Shown: positions 1-23,594 of the stretch, one piece after another
Layout: each line of letters starts with the position of its first letter
How positions within the stretch are numbered: the stretch's first letter is position 1
NCBI GenBank assembly: GCA_009602725.1
Contig: WELB01000016.1
Location: forward strand, 807,790-871,789
From: Spirogloea muscicola
Lineage: Eukaryota
Reading direction: 5' to 3'
Length of the DNA: 64,000 bases
The notes under the pieces: model-generated
What the model saw: only the letters and a program-made list of their open reading frames with translations
Database searches by the model: none
What the model was told of the DNA's origin: nothing
Made by a program: the position numbers and the translations under genes

Positions 1-573
1 GGCCGCGAGGCGGGGGGCGGCGTAGACCTGCGGGACGCTGGCGGCGGCGGCGGCGGCGGGGCGGCGGCGGCGGAGGAAGAGCTGGCGGCGCAGCGGCGGC
101 AGGTGGCGGAGGACGAGTGGCTGCGCAACCCCTTCAACGTGCTGTCAGCACAGGTCGAGGCCGCACTCATGCTCGCCTTCGGCGGCCTCCTCCTCGCCTA
201 CCTCTTCCAAGGTTTGTCCCGCTCGCATCGCCGACGCGGGCACCCACCGGCGCTGGCCACCTGCGTTCGTGTGTTACGCATTCTACATGAATAGTGCGTA
301 AGTCGTTGCTGCTGCAGATTGCAGACAAGTCGTTGTCCTGACTGCACTGCCAGCTCTATCGTGCCTTCAGCAGATCTTAGAAGTACGACACATTGGCGCT
401 TCTTGCAGTATTCTGATGCTCCAGTGATGTGATGTGCCGCGGTCCTGGCAGCTCTGCTGAGCACGAGCAACTGGGAGCTGCCCTCACTGGACAGCCTGTG
501 CGAGGCCGCGCAAGACGATGCCAGCATGGCCGCCTTCTACGCCATCTGCGAGACAGCCAATGCGACGCCCTGA
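1..573 (+). CDS. 3' part of a gene for a small unknown protein with one predicted transmembrane helix (exons <1-211, 452-573)
   Basis: Frame is open from the window start with the hydrophobic stretch VEAALMLAFGGLLLAYLFQ. A GT donor at 212 and CAG acceptor at 451 join in frame to ALLSTSNWELPSLDSLCEAAQDDASMAAFYAICETANATP* (TGA 571-573). No family recognised. Confidence 0.55.
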
Positions 574-2099
574 GCCTCGTCACGGCGGTATGGCATTGTT
601 GTCAACTCCTGATCAGACTGCCAGACTGCAGCTTGCATGACAACGACACCTGACGACGGCAACCTGGGTTGCAGAAGTGCCGGTCTCTTGTGTAAGCCGT
701 GAAGCTTTCGCCTTTGCTGTTACTGAGGAGTTGCTTAACGCAACACATGCACAGTCCTCTGTGTTCTCTTGACTGAACGGGCACATCCCTGACTCCATTG
801 TGGCCTCTTGTAGGGGCAGGTGTAATATCCAGGCGCTGTTGATGGCTGCCATATGCCCACCACAGTCATAAGCTGAGGCGGACAAATATTTCATATATAT
901 AGCCTGCATTGCATTCAGAGCTTTGCTCAGGAGCACGGGCAGCATCATCAGTGCAGCTCCAGCAGCCTGCAGTGAGGCTTTCGACAAGCATCCTTCTGCA
1001 CATGGGCGGGGTTGAGCACAGCAAATGGAGGAGCTGGGCGTGCATAATATACTGGGAATCTGCTGGACCTGCCCTCCAGCAGGGATACGAGGGTAATTGC
1101 AGGTTGTGATGGTCAGCGCCAGGCTAGATTTGGGAGCAGCAATGCGGCCTGGAGCACAGAGAGCTTGCTGTACACCTGCACCAGGCAGGGACCCTGCCCC
1201 CAGCAGTCGCTTCCAGGCTAGCTAGCACTAGCAGGTGTTGCTGGCGCTGCGTGACCTGGGCCATGCTTCTAAATAGGAGCTCCTGAGACCGTTTTCACTG
1301 CCTGAATTGTCAGAGTGCCCCAAAGTGCCTGTCTTAATGCCCATGACTGCAAGCAAACCTTGCCTACAAGGCGTGACTCTACCTTGAGCCCACTTTAGTG
1401 GCAACACTCTTGACGCTACAAGCACGCCATTTGTTTCTGACAGGAGAAGCATCACAAAAGAACAAGAAATTGAGGATCCGAGATCGTGTTGAAAGAGGCA
1501 GTAATGAGCTAGGGAGCATGTTGTGTAGCAATATCCACGAGGCTTGTGTTTGTGTGTGCCCAGCGACAACGAAGGTGGCACCTTGCTTAAGAGGAGATTG
1601 ATATGCCGACGGTTGTGACAAATGCTTAATCGTCGCTTTGTATCGAGTCTCTGTGCTAGAAATGTAAGCCCCTAATTCCTGTACTCACCATCGTCGGTGG
1701 ACGCACCTCTGGATTACTTGCAGGGGTGTGGCTGGCCAAGGTGCTCAGAGAAACTTCGAAAGCTGAGCAACCTAAGTAGCTGCTTGAAGGTGCACGGATG
1801 GCAGTGCGGCGACAGGCAGTGGCGAGGACGATGGGACAGCATCAGCAGGCCACTGGTAGGCAGCGTCGTGGGCGCTCTTGCCCGCTCACGGTCAAGCAGC
1901 TGGTGGTTGCGTCTGGGTGGAAGCAGAAGCTTGTCCAATAATAGGCGATGATGGTGAGAGTCCAGCCCAAATGGTGATCGACGTCCATGGGGCCGGAAGC
2001 TATCAGCACGTAAAGCAAGTGGCTAATACTACTGACCCAGATAGCCTCACAATAACCTCTAGTGATACCTGCAACTTGGAATTTGTTGAGCAGCCGTAA

Positions 2100-2440
2100 C
2101 GAAAGAGGCTTTTCCAAGGGGGCAAAGGCTCTGAAAGGCTTGGCAAGCCTAGAAGGCCAGCCGAAGAAGAAAGTGCTCGCCCATAGAGAAGAGCGGCTGG
2201 CAAAGCCAGCCCAAAAAAGAATGGACAATGTCCAAAGCCAAAGAAAGAGGTGCCGGAAAAGGACTACACTACAAAACACGAGAGGATGCAGAGGGAAGCT
2301 CAGTACCCACGAGTGAGCAACATCAAGTCAGAGTAGCTCGCTGCAGGGAAAGAGGCACTCCGCCGAGACGAGGCAGCAGCCATAGCATGGCCTGCTTGCG
2401 TGTTTAGGAGGGCGTAGGCAACAGAGTGTCGGAAGGACAT
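2100..2440 (-). mobile_element. 3' fragment of RLE-type non-LTR retrotransposon family
   Basis: 2162-2420 closely matches 18684-18950. The minus strand encodes the family C-terminus ...AMAAASSRRSASFPAASYSDLMLLTRGY*, followed by the 3' UTR stem-loop and TTC tail. Confidence 0.8.
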
Positions 2441-2559
2441 TCGTCCTATCAATGGGGTTGCAGTAGCCGCCCTGCGAGCAGCCCAAAGGTGCAGATGTAA
2501 GTGCAGACCAGGGTTTGGGCTTCGGATGCAGGGCGTGTGTAGGTTCAAGCGCCCTGAGA

Positions 2560-2640
2560 ATGCGTCAGTCCAGCGTCAGTGTACACCAGTGCGTCATCGT
2601 GGCGTGACAGGCGTCAACATCAGGAGCATCGTCAGACCAG
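2560..2640. promoter_or_regulatory. Cluster of GCGTCA/TGACGC motifs upstream of SRP9
   Basis: At least four GCGTCA copies in ~70 bp just upstream of the SRP9 5' region. The same hexamer occurs near other putative gene starts (17823, 34446, 62585). Confidence 0.3.
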
Positions 2641-2793
2641 GTCGAGCTGGGGCCCGGTTTATGTGGCGGTTGAGGGGGTCTGAGATTAGGGTGCAGAACT
2701 TAGTATTAGGGTTAGGGTAAACAGGTCCCAGGCGGCGGCGGCGGCGGCGGCGGCGGCATTGGCGGCGGCGGCGGCGGCGGCAGCGGCGTCTGC

Positions 2794-2865
2794 ATGGTGT
2801 ACATCGACTCCTGGGACGAGTTTGCGGAGAAGGCGGAGCTGCTCTTCCGCGCCGAGCCGCTGCGG
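2794..2865 (+). CDS. SRP9: Signal recognition particle 9 kDa protein, first coding exon only
   Basis: MVYIDSWDEFAEKAELLFRAEPLR matches the plant SRP9 N-terminus (MVYI.SWDEF....LFRADP) and ends at a GT donor (2866). Downstream exons are not seen; a single-N contig join lies at 2968. Confidence 0.75.
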
Positions 2866-2968
2866 GTCCGCTCCTTGGGCGTCCACAACCCCCGCCGCCG
2901 CCGCCTTCGCCCCGCCTCCGCCGCAGCTGCCACTGCCGAGGCCACGGCGCCGGCACGGCGCCGCTCAN

Positions 2969-4209
2969 GGCGCCGGCGGCCGGGGGCGGCGGCTGCGGCG
3001 GCGTGAGCGGCACGGCACCTGGGACGGGCTGGGCGACGAGATGACGGCGGCGGCGGGCCCGCCAGACGGCCGCTTCGAGCACCTCTACGACGCGCGCGGC
3101 CTCGTGGACGACTGGCTCGGCCACCCGACCTTCTGGGGCATGATCTCTGGTGCGCCGCTGCACAGCCTTAACCCCAAACCCTGACCCTTAATTACCGGAG
3201 GTTGGCGGCGTCTCAGTGACATTCTTGTTAGCAGAGGATCGGGTTATGTGCTCTATGGCCGGACCCTTGGTCGTCAACCCTGAAGCACCCCAAAGTAGTG
3301 CGAGGCAGAGCCCTAACCTCAATCCTGACCCCCAATTCGAAGGTTGGCAGTAACTCACTGACATTTTTCATCACAGAGGATCAAGTTATGTGCTTCATAG
3401 CTGGACCCGTGGTTGTCATCCCTGAAGCACCTTGATGTAGTGCGAGGCAGTGAGGAGAAGAAATTGCTCCACTAATGGCAGGCAGTGGCTGTGAGAGGCC
3501 AGCCCAACGGAATGCACAAGGTCTGAAAGGGCCGGAATCGAGTGAATTGAGTGAGGGGTCTCCCAGGCGGCCATGCTGGGGTCCTCCGCTGGCCACCGAG
3601 CCTGACCTCCACCGCTGGCCGACGCAGAAGAGGCGCTGGAGGCGCCGGCGACGGAAGGCGGGGAGCCCCCCGGTGAGGGCCCCATCCTGCACTGGGAGAC
3701 GCGTGTCGTGCTTGGGCCTGGCGGCGATGCCTGGCACCCCGCCAACCGCAAGGTCAAGGTATGGCGGCCCACACACAATTTCTGATAACCAACCATTAAC
3801 TTGACCATTAACTTGACAAACGTTGGGTCTGTCAAGTAGTGACAGACTGAGTTGCCCATGTGCACCTTACGGCAAGCCCGGGGCGGCATTGCCTGACCTC
3901 GCGTCATCACCTCGTTGCGGCCACCAGGTCATGGTGCACGTGAAGGAGCTGGGCCTGTCTACCTTGGCACGCACCCGGCTGCTGGCGCTGGTCGGCCGCC
4001 GCTACAACCCCGCCAAGGACGCCCTCACCATCATAAGCGAGCGCTATGCAGCACGCGAGGAGAACCGCAAGGATGTGCTGCGCATTCTGGTGGCCCTCAT
4101 CGATGAGGCACGCAAGGCTGACCACGTCGATGAGTACGCCAACGCCAACGTCGTCGCCGACACCAATGGCAACGCCGATGCCGCGACCATGACCTTAGCT
4201 CCTGCTTGA
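2969..4209 (+). CDS. MRPS35: Mitochondrial small-subunit ribosomal protein mS35 (S24/S35, MRP-S28 domain), 5' end missing; exons ~2969-3149, 3628-3758, 3928-4209
   Basis: PILHWETRVVLGPGGDAWHPANRKVK|VMVHVKELGLS...LVGRRYNPAKDALTIISERYAAREENRKDVLRIL matches plant mS35. Introns are GT-AG. Confidence 0.85.
3165..3450. repeat. Two diverged tandem copies of a ~143-bp unit in the mS35 intron
   Basis: 3165-3308 and 3309-3450 share CCTGACCC, AGGTTGGC, TGACATT, CAGAGGATC, GTTATGTGCT, GGACCC, CCCTGAAGCACC and GTAGTGCGAGGCAG blocks. Confidence 0.7.
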
Positions 4210-4393
4210 CACGTCGCCAGTCGAGTGCCGCCGCGCTCTTGGCATGCACTGCCACTGTCCTCAAAGTCCAGCAGCTTGAGAAACAGCATGCGCTGTGTGC
4301 AAGGAATAATCAGTGCAGCTTGGCTTAGGTGGTCATTCAATCCTTTGTCAACCTGGTTGCCTGGTCAAGTGGTCATAACAGAGCCCACCAGCA

Positions 4394-17743
<13,350 letters not shown>

Positions 17744-18471
17744 GCTCGTCGCAGCCACCCCGGAGCCCGGCAGGAATGCCGGCGGCGATCTCGGAGGACA
17801 GGGGTTATCTCAGGTTTATGACTGACGCATCAGCGACAGTTCCCAGTCCGTGCGATGCGCTGGCGACGGCCGTGCGACTCTGCGCCAGCGGACACCTGTC
17901 CCTGCCCGCCTGGCTCGGGCCAGTGTCGGGCACGTGCGCACTCGTCTAAAACCCCCGCACTTACATGATTCGTAGTTGATGGATTCGTAAAACTATTAAG
18001 CAATCTCCGGACCAAAAAGCGAACCCAGGCTGCAGCAGGCATGACCACAGCAGACGGGCTGATCGGGACGACTGCATTGTGACAATCCACCGGATTATGG
18101 TGCAAGGAGATTATGATATAAGAAGGAAGCTGTCAACAGCAGGTACTTGCTTCCGGCAGCAGCATTGTTGATTGCTGTGGACTTTCCAGGTTCGGAAGCT
18201 TCTGCACATGTCAAAACTGGGGTCGATTGCATGTACATGTAAGGTCCGCCTGGTTGGCCATCAGCCCTGCGCGTCCTGCCGCCTCCGCCGCTGCCGCAGC
18301 CGCCATTGCCGCCGCCATGGGCCGGTCGCCGCGCTGCCGCACCCTTCCGCTGCCTCCTTGCCCGCCCCGTCCTCGTCCGGCCCTGCGCTGTCTCGTAGGG
18401 AGGCCGACGGGTCCGCCCTCCTGGCGGTCGTCGAGCGGCCGGCCGGGTCCGTTCCCCGTCGACCCCATCGG

Positions 18472-18687
18472 CTTCCTCTCTTGGCTCTGGTGGATGGGCA
18501 TCAGGAGGCCGGCGGCAAGGGGTACGCGTACACTTAATGGCGGAAGATGTACAACGCCCTGAAGTACCTGGAGGGCCTGGAGGACGTCCGCCGGCAATGT
18601 ACATCATTGTTTGCCAATAAGTGTACGCGTATGCCATGCCGTCGTCCTACTCCGGGATGCACGTCCACCAGAGCCAGGAGAAGGAAG
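18472..18687 (+). ncRNA. Long imperfect foldback, candidate pre-miRNA/hpRNA
   Basis: Arm 18472-18553 pairs with arm 18598-18687, including a perfect 14-bp core TACGCGTACACTTA/TAAGTGTACGCGTA. Transition differences between the arms give G-U pairs on the + strand. Confidence 0.5.
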
Positions 18688-19962
18688 AAAGTGCTCGCCC
18701 ATAGAGAAGAGGGGCTGGCAAAGCCAGCTCAAGAAAGATTGGACAATGTCCAAAGCCAAAGAAAGAGGAGCCGGAAAAAGGACTACACTACAAAACACTG
18801 CAAAATACTGAGACGATGCAGAGGGAAGCTCAGTACCCACGAGTGAGCAACATCAGGTCTGAGTAGCTCGCTGCAGGGAAAGAGGCACTCCGCCGAGACC
18901 CAGAGGCGGCGGCCATAGCACGGCCTGCTCGCGTGTGGACGGCGTGGGCAAGGGAGCGTTGAAGCGATACCGCCAGGCGCATGCGGAAAACTTGGCGAGC
19001 AAACCGGCGGCGTTGAAGCCGGGCATCTCCCCTGGCAGACCCGGCCGCCGGTCCATGGCCTGGCGGGCAAGCCGCTGAATGAGATCCAGCCAGCGGCTGC
19101 CGAAAGCTCCGTATACATCCATCGCCAGGGCCGCGAATTCATCCCCAACCGGGTGATCAGCATATTTACGCTCCTTGCCCCGGGCCGCCAGGCCGACCGC
19201 GTGCCCTGCAAACGACGCCGATCTGGTGGGATTGGCGGAGTCGATGCAGTCAGTTGTCACCACATCGGCGATGATGCGGGGACCGCCACCGGGCGGGATG
19301 GCGACCAGGTCGGCGCGTCGTGTATGGGGCTGGCCGTCCGCGCCCAGCTGGACGGGCATTTTTGAGGAGTTCTCCGCAGCCACCTTGAAGCCAGCCTCCG
19401 TAAACACCCCCTGCATAGCCTCTTCAGGCCCCGCAGTCGCTCTTAGCTCGTACTTTGGCCCCTTCGAACCTTGTCAATTCTTTTCGGGCTGGCTTCTCAC
19501 AGCCCTTGCCCGCATTGGGAGAGCCACTTCTTTCTTTTTCCTGCATACCTCTCACAGGAGATCGTGGGAAGCGGTCCGCTCGCCCCCGTGTGCGCAACAG
19601 AGCATATGCGCAGTCAGCTCCGCAGGTTCAGCGTGACGGGCACCGCACTCGCACTAAGTGACGCCCAAGAGGCAGGGAGGGAGGAGGCCCAAGAGAGAAG
19701 AAGAGGCGGTGGACCGCCGTCCTGAAGACCTCATCGGGCATGGTGAGCGCTGCGTGGAGTGGGAGCGCTGATAATTATTCCGCGCCGCAGCAGGGGAGGA
19801 GGCTGAGAGAAGCCGGGCGAGCCCTCGAAGGTCAGACGACATACTCCCCTCTGGACATATACGGCGGCTACAGAACGAAGTGGGCCTCCTCCATCGCGTG
19901 GCACTGCATGTCAATGCCCGCCGACGTAGTCGGGCGGGTAGCTTAGGGCATTTCAGCGTCCC
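18684..19962 (-). mobile_element. Degenerate 5'-truncated RLE-type (CRE-like) non-LTR retrotransposon: CCHC knuckle, restriction-like endonuclease and 3' UTR
   Basis: Minus strand reads ARLLSASSP..SALPLHAALTMPDEVFRTAVHRL.LGL..CECG..AHMLCCAHGGERTASHD, then RRADLV..IIADVVTTD..KERKY..FAALAMDVYGAFG, a frameshift, and FRMRLAVSLQR..SDLMLLTRGY*. In-frame stops and frameshifts are present. Confidence 0.85.
19418..19539 (+). mobile_element. Short 3'-end retroelement copy nested antisense in the RLE ORF
   Basis: Flanked by the 8-bp TSD CCTGCATA (19410-19417, 19540-19547). Nearly identical to 35479-35597, with a T/C-rich tail. Confidence 0.85.
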
Positions 19963-20630
19963 GCAAGAGAGAAGTGGCACTCCCAATGGGGGCAAGGGCT
20001 GTGAAAAGCCAGCCCGAAAAGATTTGACAATGGTTCGAAGGGGCCAAATGACGGAGGGCTCTAAAAAGCGCTAAGCAGCTACGAAGGGGCCTGAAGGGCA
20101 TTCCAGCCCCTATCCTCAATGGGCGAGCCCTTTCTTCTTAATCTAGCTTCCTGCAAGCCATCGTTGCATGCTATAACATGCGGCTATCATTGAGTCTACA
20201 GCACTCCTAGGCACTTGCGTTACACCAGCGTGCTGGTCGTGCATTAGCCCAGGCTAATGGCTTCCGTGGTGGTGGTTTGCTGCCTCAGTATAGCTTGTCA
20301 GATATGCATGTGCTCACTCGGGGATATTAGTGTCCCCCTTAGCCAGCTCATTACCCAGGTAACAGGACATTTGTAAGGCTAGAATTGGCATCCATTTCAA
20401 TATTATGCGCACCGCGCGCCTTCGCTCTTCTGGGCCGGCTTCTCACAGCCCTTGCCATTGTTTTGACCCGTGGTTACTGAGCGGGTCAATCTACTGTAGG
20501 TTATGTAGGTCTTGAGTTGTGCTTGCCTTTGTACTTGGCCATTTGGCCTTCACTTGTTTCAAATACACGAGATTTTCCTTGCCCCCATTGGGAGAGCCAC
20601 TTCTCCATTGGGAGAGCCACTTCTTTTACC
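19963..20630. mobile_element. Additional retroelement 3' fragments in both orientations
   Basis: Family stem-loop/tail modules at 19963-20097 (-), 20100-20139 (+) and 20428-20458 (+). A TRGY* end lies at 20462-20480, and a duplicated tail CCATTGGGAGAGCCACTTCT x2 at 20585-20625. Confidence 0.7.
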
Positions 20631-20818
20631 GTTGGGCAGTCCAACTTTCCTTTCCCAGGGGCTGCAGCGGCGCGCCGCCGGCATGTGCGGCGCGGGCAGC
20701 CGGCGGGCGTCGCCGGAGAGGAGAGCGGCGAGGGCCGCGCCGGCGGAGGGGCTCGCCNGAGCCCGGCGAGCGCTAGGCGGTGAAAGCGGCGGCAGCGGCG
20801 GCGGCAGCGGCGGCGGCG

Positions 20819-22484
20819 ATGGCGAGCACGGCCAGCTTTGTGATCGTGGGCCGCGGCGACAGCCCCATCTACGAGTCGGAGCTCGGCAGCGCTCCCAAGG
20901 TGCGAAACCCCAAAATCCACGCCAAGCCCTATTTAAGTGATACTTCAGCCCCAAACCCTAATCATTAGACCCTAAACCTAAACCCTACACCTTTATCCCC
21001 TAAACCCTAAACCCTCCTGTCACAGAACCTACACCTGTTACAGAACCTGGATATGTCGAAGTTCCTGTTCATCATCTTCAGCCCGTTCTGAGACCATTCA
21101 CTTTACGACATTATGCTGAGCCCACCAGCGAGCTGCTGTGTCGCAGAAGAGCGAGGCTGCGCACCTGCACCAATTCATCCTGCACGCCGCGCTGGACGTC
21201 GTCCAGGATGCCGTCTGGGCCACCGGCGCACTGTACGGGACGCCCACACTGGCCTGAATGAGGAGAATGCGGCACAGAAATTGGGGTAGCGACTGTTAAT
21301 TAGAACAAAGTACTCTGCTAAGTGGTGACAGGATGCCCACAAGTCGCTGCGGTGTTGCCGTCGAGACCCAGGTTCAATTCCTCCGCCGGCTGACTGCCCG
21401 TTCCCTCACTGGGGCTGCTCGTGCTCGCGCTTGTTGGGTGCAGGTACCTCAAGGTCGTGGACAAGTTCAACGACCTCCTCGTCTCCACCTACGTGACCGC
21501 TGGTCATATCCTTCCATACCTGCTCCCGGGGCTCAAGGGTTTGGGGCTTAAGCTTAGGTTTTATGAATTAGGGATGAAGATTTATGGTCTAGGGTTAGGG
21601 GTCAGGGTTCAAAGTTAGGGTTCAGGGGGTAGGGTCCGATTGGCAGGAAGGCTGCTACTTTCGAGAGTACAATTGCAGCGCAGAGTATTAACACTGGCCC
21701 TGCTGAAGAAGCAAGGGGCAATGCACGCCCAGCCGAGATTGCAGCCCAAAGTATCACTACTGGCCCTGCTGAGCAAACAAGGGGCAGTGCCTGCTCAGCC
21801 TAAGCTGACTATCCACTGCAGATATGTACGTACAATGAGAAGCTTACTTTCATCCCAATTGCCATGAACCTGCACAAATTCACTATCTCAAAGGTCAAGC
21901 GATACCATGTGACTCTGCAATCTCCGCTGTTGAGCTCTACTGCTTCAAGGTATCACCATAGGCCATCTGATGATGTCGAGTTGGGACGACCTTGACCTTG
22001 CAAGTGGCTCCTCCACACACGCGAATGATGCTGCTGCATGACACGCGCAACGAGGACGGCATCAAGAGCTTCTTCCAGGAGGTCCATGAGCTCTACATCA
22101 AGGTTGGCAGCCCAAGTGTCAGCTCGTCCTCAGTGCTGCAGAGCCGCAGCACTTTCATCTGAGCATCACCCTGTATCTGCATCTGCCACGCCATACTAGC
22201 CTCTGCCATTTGGCCACTAGCTGTTATTACTCTTGCCCGCTACTTGAGCACACTATGCAGCCACAAGGGCCAGCTTTCCAGTTGATTCGGCACCATGGTC
22301 AAATGGCAACACAAATTGCAGGTATAGAGGACATGTTCAAGGTGCGACACTTCATTTGCAGGGTGTGCTCACACTTCCTACCTGTCTGCAGATCCTGCTC
22401 AACCCGCTCTACGTGCCCGGCACAAGGATTTCTTCGCCTTTCTTTGACACGCGCGTCCGTGCACTGGCAAAGAAGCATCTGTAG
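20819..22484 (+). CDS. TRAPPC2: TRAPP complex subunit 2 (sedlin/TRS20); exons 20819-20899, 21147-21232, 21444-21505, 22017-22102, 22392-22484
   Basis: Spliced protein is MASTASFVIVGRGDSPIYESELGSAPK|KSEAAHLHQFILHAALDVVQDAVWATGAL|YLKVVDKFNDLLVSTYVTAGH|TRMMLLHDTRNEDGIKSFFQEVHELYIK|ILLNPLYVPGTRISSPFFDTRVRALAKKHL*. Confidence 0.95.
20905..21015 (-). repeat. Telomere-like/telo-box (AAACCCTA) tract in TRAPPC2 intron 1
   Basis: ccaaaccctaa..accctaaacctaaaccctac..ccctaaaccctaaaccct. Confidence 0.75.
21506..22016 (+). other. U12-type (minor spliceosome) AT-AC intron
   Basis: 5' site ATATCCTT at 21506, branch-like CCTTGAC at 21990-21996 and terminal AC at 22015-22016. Removing it restores the conserved TAG-H-TRMMLLHD frame. 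Confidence 0.9.
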
Positions 22485-23594
22485 TGACCTCTGGCTGTAT
22501 CAAGCAATACACCATCGTTGCAGCTGAATGCTGCTTACGGCTGGGGTATCAACACCCCGGAAGCTGGCGAGCTTGGCTCTGCAGGAAGGGACTTGCAAGG
22601 GTGTACAGGGCTTTGATGTCTGCAGGCAGAGCAAAGTTCGCAAGACTAGCTACTTTTGATACCGTGGTGATTCCACTGGCTGGTGGCCAGATTGTCAAGG
22701 CACAGAAAAGAGCCTTTGATCTCAAACTCTGTTTGATGCTGACGAGTTCTGGCTTTCGGCGGTCGCATTCGGTCTTCAATTTGACTGTGATGATGGATAT
22801 GAACCTTCTTGTCCACCTGTTTCGCTTGTGTATTTCACCAATATCATTCGTTGTCTCAGGCAGGAATTATTGTCCCTCTCTCGCGTCAATGTGTTGCTCA
22901 TTTGGGTAGTCATACCTCTGGACACGCCTGAGCATACCAAGCCAAAGTGCTGCGAGCTGACAGACTCAAAGACACTTGTTATAGCCACACGCAAGCACTG
23001 AAGGAACAATACCTCGACTCACACTTCCACGACCAGGCTCGATACGGTGCTGGTCTCAAAGCCCAAGACATTGGCTTCAGGTGAGTTGGTGCCAGCCGTC
23101 AGGCAGCTCATTGAATGACGAGCAAGGCCCAGAGGTCTGAAATGCACCTGCCGCGGTCAGCCACACGGCCAGCAATGGCAAGGACTCCTCTCGATAGAGC
23201 ATCCAGAGTCCTATTGCAAGCAACTGCGATGACAGCTGCCATGATGCATTTGTACATCAAACCTCAGGACCATTTCTGGACAGAGACCCAGTCAGGATCT
23301 GCTGTAAGGGGGCACTGGACGCAATGCCCTTCAGCAGTGCATCGTCGTGATCGATACGCTGCTTTGCCTGCACAGAACGCCACTATGCCCAGTCAGCAAT
23401 GGAATGAATGGATCGGGGCAACAGTGCGACAGAAAAGAGCTGATGAAAGATAATCGTCTTCTGTAGAAGTGCTTGTTATTCATACAGAATGACGTGCAAA
23501 ATGACTTGCACAGCCATGACCGTGTCAGCTACAGTTGAAGTATGCTTGTTAGTAACATCATTCATAGTCCTTCTCCCCTTTAGCAAGAAACTAA

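Noticed and set aside
2794..4209. Apparent SRP9-mS35 fusion gene
   Set aside because: A single N at 2968 marks a contig join. The 3' exons of SRP9 and the 5' end of mS35 are both missing, so collapsed sequence is the simpler explanation.
20463..20489. TTGACCCG-TGGTTACTGAG-CGGGTCAA hairpin as a ribozyme or terminator
   Set aside because: It spans the retroelement's TRGY* stop codon, and no hammerhead (CTGANGA..GAAA) or HDV core could be built.
21672..21803. Two ~66-bp tandem units inside the U12 intron
   Set aside because: A simple local duplication with no structural or coding signal.
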